From positions 1 through 28,106 of the IMG/VR virus record IMGVR_UViG_3300037422_000657: 28,106 bases of DNA; one strand, given 5' to 3'. Below are positions 7,107 through 14,590 of the stretch, in pieces (the first letter of the stretch is position 1; the number at the start of each line of letters is the position of its first letter). Position numbers and translations under genes: made by a program. Source of the stretch: a virus (lineage: Duplodnaviria; Caudoviricetes). Under the pieces are notes generated by a model that did no database searches, was not told the DNA's origin, and was given only the letters and a program-made list of their open reading frames with translations.

Positions 7107-9111
7107 GGTGCCGCGCGCCGCGTTCGTCGACGCCGCGCGTCTCGTCCTCGGCGCGCTGCAGCGCCTCGATGCGCCTGAGCGCCTGACGGTCAGCGCCGCC
7201 GCGCTGAAGTATCGCGCGCTCGAGAACGCCGGCGGAGGCTACTCGGGCCCCTGGACCTTCGAGACCGCGCCGTATCTCCGGCGCCCGATGGACTGCCTCG
7301 GAGTCGAATCGCCGTACCAAACCGTGGCGGTGATGGGCCCGGCGCAGTGTGGCAAGTCCGACATCGGCAACAACTGGCTGTTGCACACGGCGATCTGCGA
7401 TCCCGCGGACATGCTGACGCTCTTCCCCGACAAGCAGGTCGGCCACGACTACGTCCAGCAGCAGATCGAGAAGATGATCCGCCTCTCGCCCGAGCTCGCC
7501 GCGCGCCAGCTCGCGCACCAGGGCGCGGACAACATCCATTCGAAGCAGTTTAGCGGCTGCACGGCGTTTTTCGTCTGGCCGGTCGCATCGCAGCTCCGCG
7601 CGCGGCCGATCCCGCGCATCCGCATCGACGACTACGACGCCGTGCCCGAGGACATCGGCGGCGAGGGCAACGCGCTCACCCTCGCCGAGGGCCGGCAAAC
7701 GGCGTTCGAGGGTTGGGCCAAGACCTACGTGAACTCGTCGCCCTCGCTGGGCGAGACGCGCGGCATCGAGGGCCTCGTCGCCTCGGGCACCGACGAGCGC
7801 TGGCACGTCCCGTGCAAGGCGTGCGGCGAGTTCTTCGCGCTCGCCTTCGAGCGGCTGAAGTTCGCCGAAGGCTCGACCGCCGAGGCCGCCGCCGCGTCCG
7901 CCGCCGTCGTCTGCCCGCATTGCGGCGGCGTGCACGAGCAGGCCGACAAGCCGGCGCTCATGGCGGCCGGCGCCTGGCTCGGCGCGGGCCAGGCGATCGC
8001 GCGCGACGGTACCGTCGCGGGGGAGGCGAAGCCGTCGCCGATCGCGAGCTTCCGCATCGACGGGCTCATGGGCTTCGCCTCCTGGGCCAAGCTCGCCTAC
8101 GAGCGCCGCGCCGCCGAGCTCGTCTTCGAGCGCACGCAGGACGAGGAGGCGCTGCGCGCCTTCTGGAACACCCGCGCCGGCCACAACTACCGGGCGCAGA
8201 CCGAGATGAGCCGGATCGACCCCGACCAGCTCGCCGACCGCGGCGAGGCCTGGCGCCTCGGCACGGTGCCGCAAGGCGTCGCCTTCCTCACGGCCGCGGT
8301 GGACATCCAGGCGAAGAGCTTCGAGGTTCTCGTCAAGGGATGGAACGACCGCGCGGAATCGTGGCTGATCGACCGCTTCTCCATCCGGCAGCTCGCCGAC
8401 GGTCGCACCGACGTGCGTCCCGCGACGCACCCGGAGCACTGGCACGTGCTGCTGCATCGCGCGATCCGCGCGCGCTATCCCGTCGCCGACGGCTCGGGCC
8501 GCGAGATGGCCGTCGCCACCACGGCGATCGACATGCACGGGCTCGACGGTGTCACCGAGAACGCCCGCGCCTTCTGGCGCCACGCCCGCCGCAGCGGCGT
8601 CGGCGACCTGCAGATCACGCTGGTGCGCGGCTCCAACGTCAAGGCGGCGCCGATGCTGCCGAAGCCGAGCTGGGAGACAGACGACAAGGGACGCAAGAAG
8701 CCGGGCTCGGCGAAGTTCTTCACCATCGGCGTCAACAACTTGAAGAACATGCTGGCCAACCGCCTCGCGCGCGAGGACGAGGGGCCGGGCTTCATCCACT
8801 TTCCCGCCGACGCGCCCGAGGCGTATTTCGCCGAGCTCGCCGGCGAGGAGCGGGTCGAGGGCGAGTGGACGCGCATCGGCGCCAACGAGAGCTTCGATCT
8901 CGAGGTCTACGCTATTGCAGCCTATCTCCGGCTCCGGCCCGAGCGCATCGACTGGACGCGGCCGCCATGGTGGGCGGTCGCGAAGATCCCGGGCGCCAAG
9001 CCCGCGCCGCCGCCGGCGCCGGAGCGGCCGCCGCCCTTCGTCGCCGCCGGCAATCCGCCGCCGCCCCGGCCGGCGCGGCCGCGCCGCGGCGGCTTCGTGC
9101 ACAATTGGTGA
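7042..9111 (+). CDS. terL: Terminase large subunit, lambda GpA family
   Basis: PYLRRPMD, Walker A GPAQCGKS, RIDDYD, SSP motif, CKAC/CPHC zinc ribbon, nuclease TAAVDIQ and NESFDLEVYA. Start could alternatively be GTG 7108. Confidence 0.96.
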   Translation: MPSKRRSRRRSSSIPTPSPQPEVPRAAFVDAARLVLGALQRLDAPERLTVSAAALKYRALENAGGGYSGPWTFETAPYLRRPMDCLGVESPYQTVAVMGPAQCGKSDIGNNWLLHTAICDPADMLTLFPDKQVGHDYVQQQIEKMIRLSPELAARQLAHQGADNIHSKQFSGCTAFFVWPVASQLRARPIPRIRIDDYDAVPEDIGGEGNALTLAEGRQTAFEGWAKTYVNSSPSLGETRGIEGLVASGTDERWHVPCKACGEFFALAFERLKFAEGSTAEAAAASAAVVCPHCGGVHEQADKPALMAAGAWLGAGQAIARDGTVAGEAKPSPIASFRIDGLMGFASWAKLAYERRAAELVFERTQDEEALRAFWNTRAGHNYRAQTEMSRIDPDQLADRGEAWRLGTVPQGVAFLTAAVDIQAKSFEVLVKGWNDRAESWLIDRFSIRQLADGRTDVRPATHPEHWHVLLHRAIRARYPVADGSGREMAVATTAIDMHGLDGVTENARAFWRHARRSGVGDLQITLVRGSNVKAAPMLPKPSWETDDKGRKKPGSAKFFTIGVNNLKNMLANRLAREDEGPGFIHFPADAPEAYFAELAGEERVEGEWTRIGANESFDLEVYAIAAYLRLRPERIDWTRPPWWAVAKIPGAKPAPPPAPERPPPFVAAGNPPPPRPARPRRGGFVHNW

Positions 9112-9205
9112 GCGATGGCCCAGCTCCGTGTCTCGCTGCAAACGCTCGCGGATATCCTCTGGGGCGGCACCGATCAGGGCCGTCTTTGAGCCCGAGGAGT
9201 AGCGC

Positions 9206-9781
9206 GTGGTCGAGATTCCGGTTCGCGAGCCCAGCGACATCGTCGCCGGCGACACGATCAAATGGTATCGCCTCGATCTGACGGGCGATTTCCCGGCGAC
9301 GGACGGCTGGTCGCTCGCCTACACGCTCCGGTTGCGCTCGGGCACCGGCAACAAGATCGCGATCGCCGCCGCGGCCTCCGGCGACGGATTTCTCATCGCC
9401 GTCGCCGCCGCGACCTCGGCCGCCTACCCCGCGGGCGAGTACGAGCTCGAGGGCTACGTCACCAAGAGCACCGAGCGCTACCGGGTCTATCTCGGCACCT
9501 GCCTGGTCCGGCCGAACCTGGCCGGCGAGGCCGACGGCGCGCACGATTCGCGCTCGCACGCCGAGCGCGTGCTCGACGCGATCGAGGCGACGATCGAGGG
9601 CCGCGCCAGCAATGACCAGCTCGAATACACCGTCGCCGGGCGAAGCTTGAGACGCATGGCCTTCGCCGAGCTCCACGCCTTCCGCTCTCTCTACCGCGCC
9701 GAGGTCGCGCGCGAGAAGGAGGCCGAGCGCATCCGCCGCGGCCTCGGCTCGCGCCGCAACATCTACGTGCGGATGCCGTAG
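9206..9781 (+). CDS. gpW-like head-completion protein with extra N-terminal beta-rich domain
   Basis: GAGGAG RBS. C-terminal LDAIEATI...EYTVAGRSL....ELHAFR..YRAEV matches the gpW pattern and position after TerL. Confidence 0.75.
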   Translation: MVEIPVREPSDIVAGDTIKWYRLDLTGDFPATDGWSLAYTLRLRSGTGNKIAIAAAASGDGFLIAVAAATSAAYPAGEYELEGYVTKSTERYRVYLGTCLVRPNLAGEADGAHDSRSHAERVLDAIEATIEGRASNDQLEYTVAGRSLRRMAFAELHAFRSLYRAEVAREKEAERIRRGLGSRRNIYVRMP

Positions 9782-9795
9782 GAGCAGCCTGAGCC

Positions 9796-10425
9796 GTGGC
9801 CGACGAGAAGATATCCGCGCAGGCGGACGGGACGCCGATCGCGCCGGGCGACGCCTTCGTCGTCGCGCGCGGGTCGAGCAACGTCAAGATCGCGGGCACC
9901 GGGCTCGTCGCCATTCACGACCGCGAGAGCGCGACGATCGATGTCGTCAACACGCTGAACGAGACGACAATATTCACCCACAGCGTGCCCGCCAACGAGC
10001 TCGGCACCGACCGCGCGATCGAGGTCCAGCTCCAGGGCGACTTGCTTGAGAATGTGGTCACCGGGGCGCAACTGACCTGGCGCATCTATTTCGGCGGCAC
10101 GACGATATGGAACGATGTGCTCGGGTCGGTGACGGCGATCAGCGCCAGCCGCCGGCCGTGGTGGCTGCATTTTATCTTGGCCGCCAACGGCGCCACGAAC
10201 GCCCAGCGTCTCGGCGGCCTTTTCCTGCTCGGCACGGCGGGCGGGGCGACCACCGGCCTCGGCGACATCGATACGGACGAGATCGAATCGCAGACGCCCC
10301 TAATCAACAACAGCATCGCGATCGATTCGACCGTGGCGCGGACGCTTGAAGTCACCGTCGATTGGTTCTCCGCCAACGTGAACGAATCCGTGCGCCGTCA
10401 CTACGCCCATTGCTCGCGCTGGTGA
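9796..10425 (+). CDS. Putative virion appendage/fibre protein, paralog A
   Basis: N-terminal ADEKIS...D.F.VAR motif and a beta-rich, Thr/Gly-rich body. Roughly two-thirds identical by eye to the next gene. Confidence 0.7.
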   Translation: MADEKISAQADGTPIAPGDAFVVARGSSNVKIAGTGLVAIHDRESATIDVVNTLNETTIFTHSVPANELGTDRAIEVQLQGDLLENVVTGAQLTWRIYFGGTTIWNDVLGSVTAISASRRPWWLHFILAANGATNAQRLGGLFLLGTAGGATTGLGDIDTDEIESQTPLINNSIAIDSTVARTLEVTVDWFSANVNESVRRHYAHCSRW

Positions 10426-10428
10426 CCG

Positions 10429-11055
10429 GTGGCCGACAGCAAGATATCCGGGCTGGCCGACGGCACGCCGCCCATGCCGACCGATCTCTTCCTGGTCGCG
10501 CGCGCCTCGGACAACAAAAGCATCGCCGGTGCCGCCACGGTCGCCATCCACGACCGCGAGGCGGCGACGACCGACGTGGCGAACACCACGACGGAAACCA
10601 CGATCTTCACCCACAGCGTGCCCGCCAACGAGCTCGGCTCGGACCGCGCGCTCGAATGCATCCTCTTCGGCGACTACCTCAACAACAACGCGACCGGCAC
10701 GTCGCTCACCTGGCGCATCAAGTTCGGCGGCACCACGATCTACCAGGACGCGGTCTCGGCCTCGGCAATAAGCGCGACGCGGCGCCCCTGGTGGCTGCAA
10801 TTCGTGTTGGCGGCGAACAATGCGACAAACGCGCAGACGCTCGGCGGCCTGTTCTATCTCGGCACGGCGGGCGGCGCCACCACCGGCCTCGGCGACATCG
10901 ATACGGACGAGATCGAGAGCGCGGCACCCATCGCCAACAGCGGCATCGCCATCGACAGCACGGCGGCGCGGACGCTTGAAGTCACCGTCGCCTGGTCCGC
11001 CGCCTCGGCGAACGCCAGCCTGCGCCGGTTCTGGGGCGGCCTGAGGCGCATCTAG
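10429..11055 (+). CDS. Putative virion appendage/fibre protein, paralog B
   Basis: Tandem paralog of 9796-10425. Shared blocks ETTIFTHSVPANELG, RRPWWL, GTAGGATTGLGDIDTDEIES and ARTLEVTV. Confidence 0.7.
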   Translation: MADSKISGLADGTPPMPTDLFLVARASDNKSIAGAATVAIHDREAATTDVANTTTETTIFTHSVPANELGSDRALECILFGDYLNNNATGTSLTWRIKFGGTTIYQDAVSASAISATRRPWWLQFVLAANNATNAQTLGGLFYLGTAGGATTGLGDIDTDEIESAAPIANSGIAIDSTAARTLEVTVAWSAASANASLRRFWGGLRRI

Positions 11056-11208
11056 ATGACCGACTATGTCGTGAAGGAAGCCGACGGCACGTCGCGGTTC
11101 CAGCTCGAGGATTCGAGCGGCTTCCTGCTGCTGGAGCAGGCGTCGGGCGCGCCCGCCGCGTCGCTGGTTTCCAAGCCGCAACGTCCCGTTCACATTTTGA
11201 CGAGGTAA
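11056..11208 (+). CDS. 50-aa small protein (not in ORF track)
   Basis: MTDYVVKEADGTSRFQLEDSSGFLLLEQASGAPAASLVSKPQRPVHILTR. It fills the gap exactly between flanking genes and is GC3-rich in its first half. Confidence 0.7.
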   Translation: MTDYVVKEADGTSRFQLEDSSGFLLLEQASGAPAASLVSKPQRPVHILTR

Positions 11209-11211
11209 GCC

Positions 11212-11706
11212 ATGCCCGCCGCCGGTCGCGTCTACACCGCCACGTTCAAGGCCGTCGCCGTAACGGCGCAGCAGGATTTTTTCGAGATCGCGGCGCCCGC
11301 CGACGCCGCGGTCGAGATAATCTCCTGGTCGCTCTCCCAGTCGACCGAGGTCGGCGACGCGCAGGAGGAGCAGCTCACCGTCACCACCAACCGCGGCGTC
11401 GGTACCGTCACATCGGGCAGCGGCGGGACGACGCAAACGCCGCAGCCGGTCTCTGACGGCGACCCCGCCTTCGGCGGCACCGTCGAGGCCAACAACACCA
11501 CCAAGATGGTCGTCGGCAGCGGCACGCTCGAGACCGACCTCGAGGTCTTCAACTGGAACGTGCGCGTGCAGATGGACAAGATATACACGCCAGAGGACCG
11601 GCCGATGATATCGCCGAGCAACCGCTGGACGCTCGAGCTCGAGACGACGCCGGCCGACTCGATCACCATTTCCGGCACCGTCGTCTTCCGCGAGATCGGC
11701 GGCTGA
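11212..11706 (+). CDS. Hypothetical beta-sandwich virion protein
   Basis: GAGG RBS, Thr/Val/Gly-rich alternating beta pattern, ends TISGTVVFREIGG. Confidence 0.75.
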   Translation: MPAAGRVYTATFKAVAVTAQQDFFEIAAPADAAVEIISWSLSQSTEVGDAQEEQLTVTTNRGVGTVTSGSGGTTQTPQPVSDGDPAFGGTVEANNTTKMVVGSGTLETDLEVFNWNVRVQMDKIYTPEDRPMISPSNRWTLELETTPADSITISGTVVFREIGG

Positions 11707-11726
11707 AACCCGAAAGGACCGCGCCC

Positions 11727-12026
11727 ATGCTGAAAGGCCACGTCTTCGTCGAATCCGACATCCCGCCGGCGCTGCGCCGCAAGATGTCGCCCGAGCAACG
11801 CGCGGCCTGGGTCGCGGCCCAGACCGAGCGCTACAGCATCGTCGCGCATGACGGCGACCGCCCGCTCGTCGCCGGCGAGATCGACCAGCGCGCGCTCAAC
11901 CGCCTGTCTTCAAAGGCGCGGCGCCTCGCCGGCGCGATGCTGAAGCTCGACCGCGCGACGCGCCGCGAAATCCTCGGCGCCTTCGACGCCGACGGCAACC
12001 TGATCCGCCCCTTCGCCCCCGCCTGA
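11727..12026 (+). CDS. Hypothetical protein
   Basis: AAAGGA RBS, GC3-rich codons, operon direction. Confidence 0.7.
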   Translation: MLKGHVFVESDIPPALRRKMSPEQRAAWVAAQTERYSIVAHDGDRPLVAGEIDQRALNRLSSKARRLAGAMLKLDRATRREILGAFDADGNLIRPFAPA

Positions 12027-12039
12027 GGCGGGCCTTGGC

Positions 12040-13074
12040 GTGGGCGGCGTCTTTCGTCATCGCTTCGCGCCACAGCACCGCGCCGCAACACTCTCCGCCC
12101 TCACCGTTGCCGCACCGACGCCGGTGTCTCTCACGACGGGCCGCCCGCGCGCGGACCTGACCGACGAAGACGCGAGGCCGGCGCCCGGCGCCTTGCAAGC
12201 CCTTCGGGCGCTGAGCGTCGCACCGCCGCCGCCCGCCGCCTCCTCGGCGACGCGGTCGGTCAGCGCGCCGCCGCCTTCTCCGCCGCTCCGTCCGAGCGCG
12301 GCCGCGATCTCCGTCGCGACGGCGCGGCCGACGCCGCCGGCCGCGCCCGCCGCCGCCGTCGTGGCGCGCACCATGGCGCCGCCGGCCGCGCCGGCGCCGA
12401 ACCCGATCGGCGCCTTGAGCGCGCGCACGGCCGGCATTCCGCCGCCGCGCGCCGCGGCCTATCGCGCCGCCGAGCATGCCACGCCGCCGCCGGTCATCGG
12501 CCGCGTCGCGACCCTGACCGTGCCGGCCGCGCCCGTCTTGTCGTCCCTGGGCGCGCGCCCGCACCCCGCCGACTTCGCCGCGCCGGCGATCGAAACCCGG
12601 CCGCCGCCGCGGGTCTTCTCGCTTTCGCCGACGCCGCCGGCCGTATCGCTTGCCGGCGCGGGCCGGCGTATCGACGCCGCCGCGCCGGACGCACCGCGCC
12701 GCCCAGGGACGGCGTTCCTGCCGCTGGCAACGGTGTCGCCCGCGATGCCGTGGCCCGCCCACCCGTTGCGGGTCGAGTCCCCGCTCGCCGCGGGCCCGCG
12801 TGTCGCCGCGGTCCCGGCGATCGTCTTCTCGCTCGCGGCGGCCCCGCCTTCCGTCTCGTTCGCCGCGCTGCATCGGCCGCGCGGTCTCGGCGGTGAAGAG
12901 CGGCCGCTGCCACGCATTGCCATCGCGCGCTGGATGCTGCTCTCGCCCTTCGTGCCGCCGCCCCCGCCGCCGCCGCCGGCGTTCGCGCCCGATATCCCCG
13001 CCGATGTCGGGCCGACCTGGCAGCGGCCGCGCGCGCGCTGGCGCGTCCGCGCCGCCTACACGCAAAGGATATGA
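12040..13074 (+). CDS. Pro/Ala-rich extended protein with degenerate repeats
   Basis: Fills the gap before portal. Recurrent hydrophobic-strand plus P-x-S-L/F...R-P segments. Confidence 0.6.
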   Translation: MGGVFRHRFAPQHRAATLSALTVAAPTPVSLTTGRPRADLTDEDARPAPGALQALRALSVAPPPPAASSATRSVSAPPPSPPLRPSAAAISVATARPTPPAAPAAAVVARTMAPPAAPAPNPIGALSARTAGIPPPRAAAYRAAEHATPPPVIGRVATLTVPAAPVLSSLGARPHPADFAAPAIETRPPPRVFSLSPTPPAVSLAGAGRRIDAAAPDAPRRPGTAFLPLATVSPAMPWPAHPLRVESPLAAGPRVAAVPAIVFSLAAAPPSVSFAALHRPRGLGGEERPLPRIAIARWMLLSPFVPPPPPPPPAFAPDIPADVGPTWQRPRARWRVRAAYTQRI

Positions 13075-13078
13075 GGCG

Positions 13079-14590
13079 ATGGGAGTGATGTCCTGGCTCG
13101 GCCTTCGGCGCCGGACGCCGGCGCCCGGCGCTGCGCGGCGCAACTACGCGGCGGCCGACACGGGACGCCTCTTCTCCCATTGGCTCGCCATGCCCGACAC
13201 GGCGGACGAGCTGCTGCGCCGCGGCTTGCGCACCATGCGCGGCCGCGCCCGCGAGCTCGCGCTCAACAACGATTGGGTCAAAGGCTGGCTGCGCCGGGCG
13301 CGCATCAACGTCGTCGGCGCCGCCGGCATCCGGCTGCAGTCGCGCGCGCTGACGGCGGACGGCGAAGTGGACGCGGCTCTGCGCACCGCCGTCGAAGCCG
13401 CCTGGACCGAGTGGGGCCGGCTCGGCGCGTGCACGGTGTGCGGCACCTACACCTTCCGCGACCTCGAGGTCGCCGTGATCGACGCGCTCAACCGCGACGG
13501 CGAGGCGCTGCTGCGGAAGGTGCGCGGCTGGGACAACGGCTTCGGCTTCGCGCTGCAGATCATGGAGAGCGACCATCTCGACGAGGACCTCGTCGCCGAC
13601 CTGCCCAACGGCAACCGCATCGTCATGGGCGTCGAGCTCGACCCCTGGCGCCGGCCGGCGGCCTATCACCTGCTGCGCCGGCATCCGGGCGATCGCCGCT
13701 ACGCGCCGCAGCCGGGCGAACGCTACCAGCGCGTGCCGGCCGACGAGATCGTCCACGTCTATCGGCCGTGGCGGCCGACGCAGACGCGCGGCGTGCCAGA
13801 GATGCACTCGGCGATGGCGCGCCTGCGCATGATCGGCGGCTACGAGGAGGCGGCCCTGGTCGCCGCCCGCGTCGGCGCCTCCAAAATGGGCTTCTACACC
13901 GAGACCGAGGCCGATGCCGCGACCGGCAGCGACCCGCGCGACGAAGGCGCGACGACGACGGACCAGGACGGCCGCGGCAACCTACTGCGCGACGCCGCAC
14001 CGGGGCATTTCGAGGTGCTGCCGCCGGGCGTCGACTTCACCGCCTTCGATCCCGGCTATCCCAACGAGCAGATAGAGGCGTTCCAGAAGCACATGCTGCG
14101 CGGCGCCGGCATCGGCATGGGCGTCTCGTATCACGGCCTCACCGGCGACCTCTCCGAGGTCAACTATTCGTCGCTGCGCCAGGGCGCGCTCGACGAGCGC
14201 GACGTGTGGGCCGAGCTGCAGCGCTTCTTCATCGACCGCGCGCTCGAGCCGATCTTCGCCGAGTGGCTGCCGCTCGCCGCCGCCGCCGGCGGGCTCGCCA
14301 TCCCGATCGAGGCGCTCGATCGCGCGCGGCCTCACCTGTTTCAGCCGCGCGGCTGGGAGTGGGTCGACCCGCTGAAGGAGATCGAGGCAGACGCCAAGGC
14401 GATCGCGCTCGGCACCAAGTCGCGCACGCGCATCTGCGCCGACCGCGGCGTCGATTTCGAGGACGTGCTCGCCGAGCTCGCGGCGGAGGAGGCGCTGGCC
14501 GCGCAATACGGCGTCAAGCTCGCGGCGCCCGAGGCGACGCCGCCCGCGCCGCGCCCGTCGCCGCCCGACGAACCGGAGAAGCCCGAATGA
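13079..14590 (+). CDS. Portal protein, lambda family
   Basis: RNYAAA, MRGRAREL..NN, GVELD.WRRP.AY, QTRGVP, LTGDLSEVNYSSLR and WEWVDPLKE motifs. True start is ATG 13079 (or 13088), not 12650. Confidence 0.96.
   Translation: MGVMSWLGLRRRTPAPGAARRNYAAADTGRLFSHWLAMPDTADELLRRGLRTMRGRARELALNNDWVKGWLRRARINVVGAAGIRLQSRALTADGEVDAALRTAVEAAWTEWGRLGACTVCGTYTFRDLEVAVIDALNRDGEALLRKVRGWDNGFGFALQIMESDHLDEDLVADLPNGNRIVMGVELDPWRRPAAYHLLRRHPGDRRYAPQPGERYQRVPADEIVHVYRPWRPTQTRGVPEMHSAMARLRMIGGYEEAALVAARVGASKMGFYTETEADAATGSDPRDEGATTTDQDGRGNLLRDAAPGHFEVLPPGVDFTAFDPGYPNEQIEAFQKHMLRGAGIGMGVSYHGLTGDLSEVNYSSLRQGALDERDVWAELQRFFIDRALEPIFAEWLPLAAAAGGLAIPIEALDRARPHLFQPRGWEWVDPLKEIEADAKAIALGTKSRTRICADRGVDFEDVLAELAAEEALAAQYGVKLAAPEATPPAPRPSPPDEPEKPE

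Noticed and set aside
9115-9189. 24-codon ORF MAQLRVSLQTLADILWGGTDQGRL between terL and gpW
   Set aside because: Too short, with weak RBS and no recognisable motif. Could be a remnant but cannot be supported.
9796-11055. Diversity-generating retroelement TR/VR pair
   Set aside because: Differences are not adenine-specific, many are synonymous, both copies are full ORFs, and no reverse transcriptase is in the window.
12650-14586. Extended N-termini of portal (from 12650) and capsid (from 13180) in the ORF track
   Set aside because: Arg-rich off-frame translations overlapping real genes. Motif-supported starts are 13079 and 14587.
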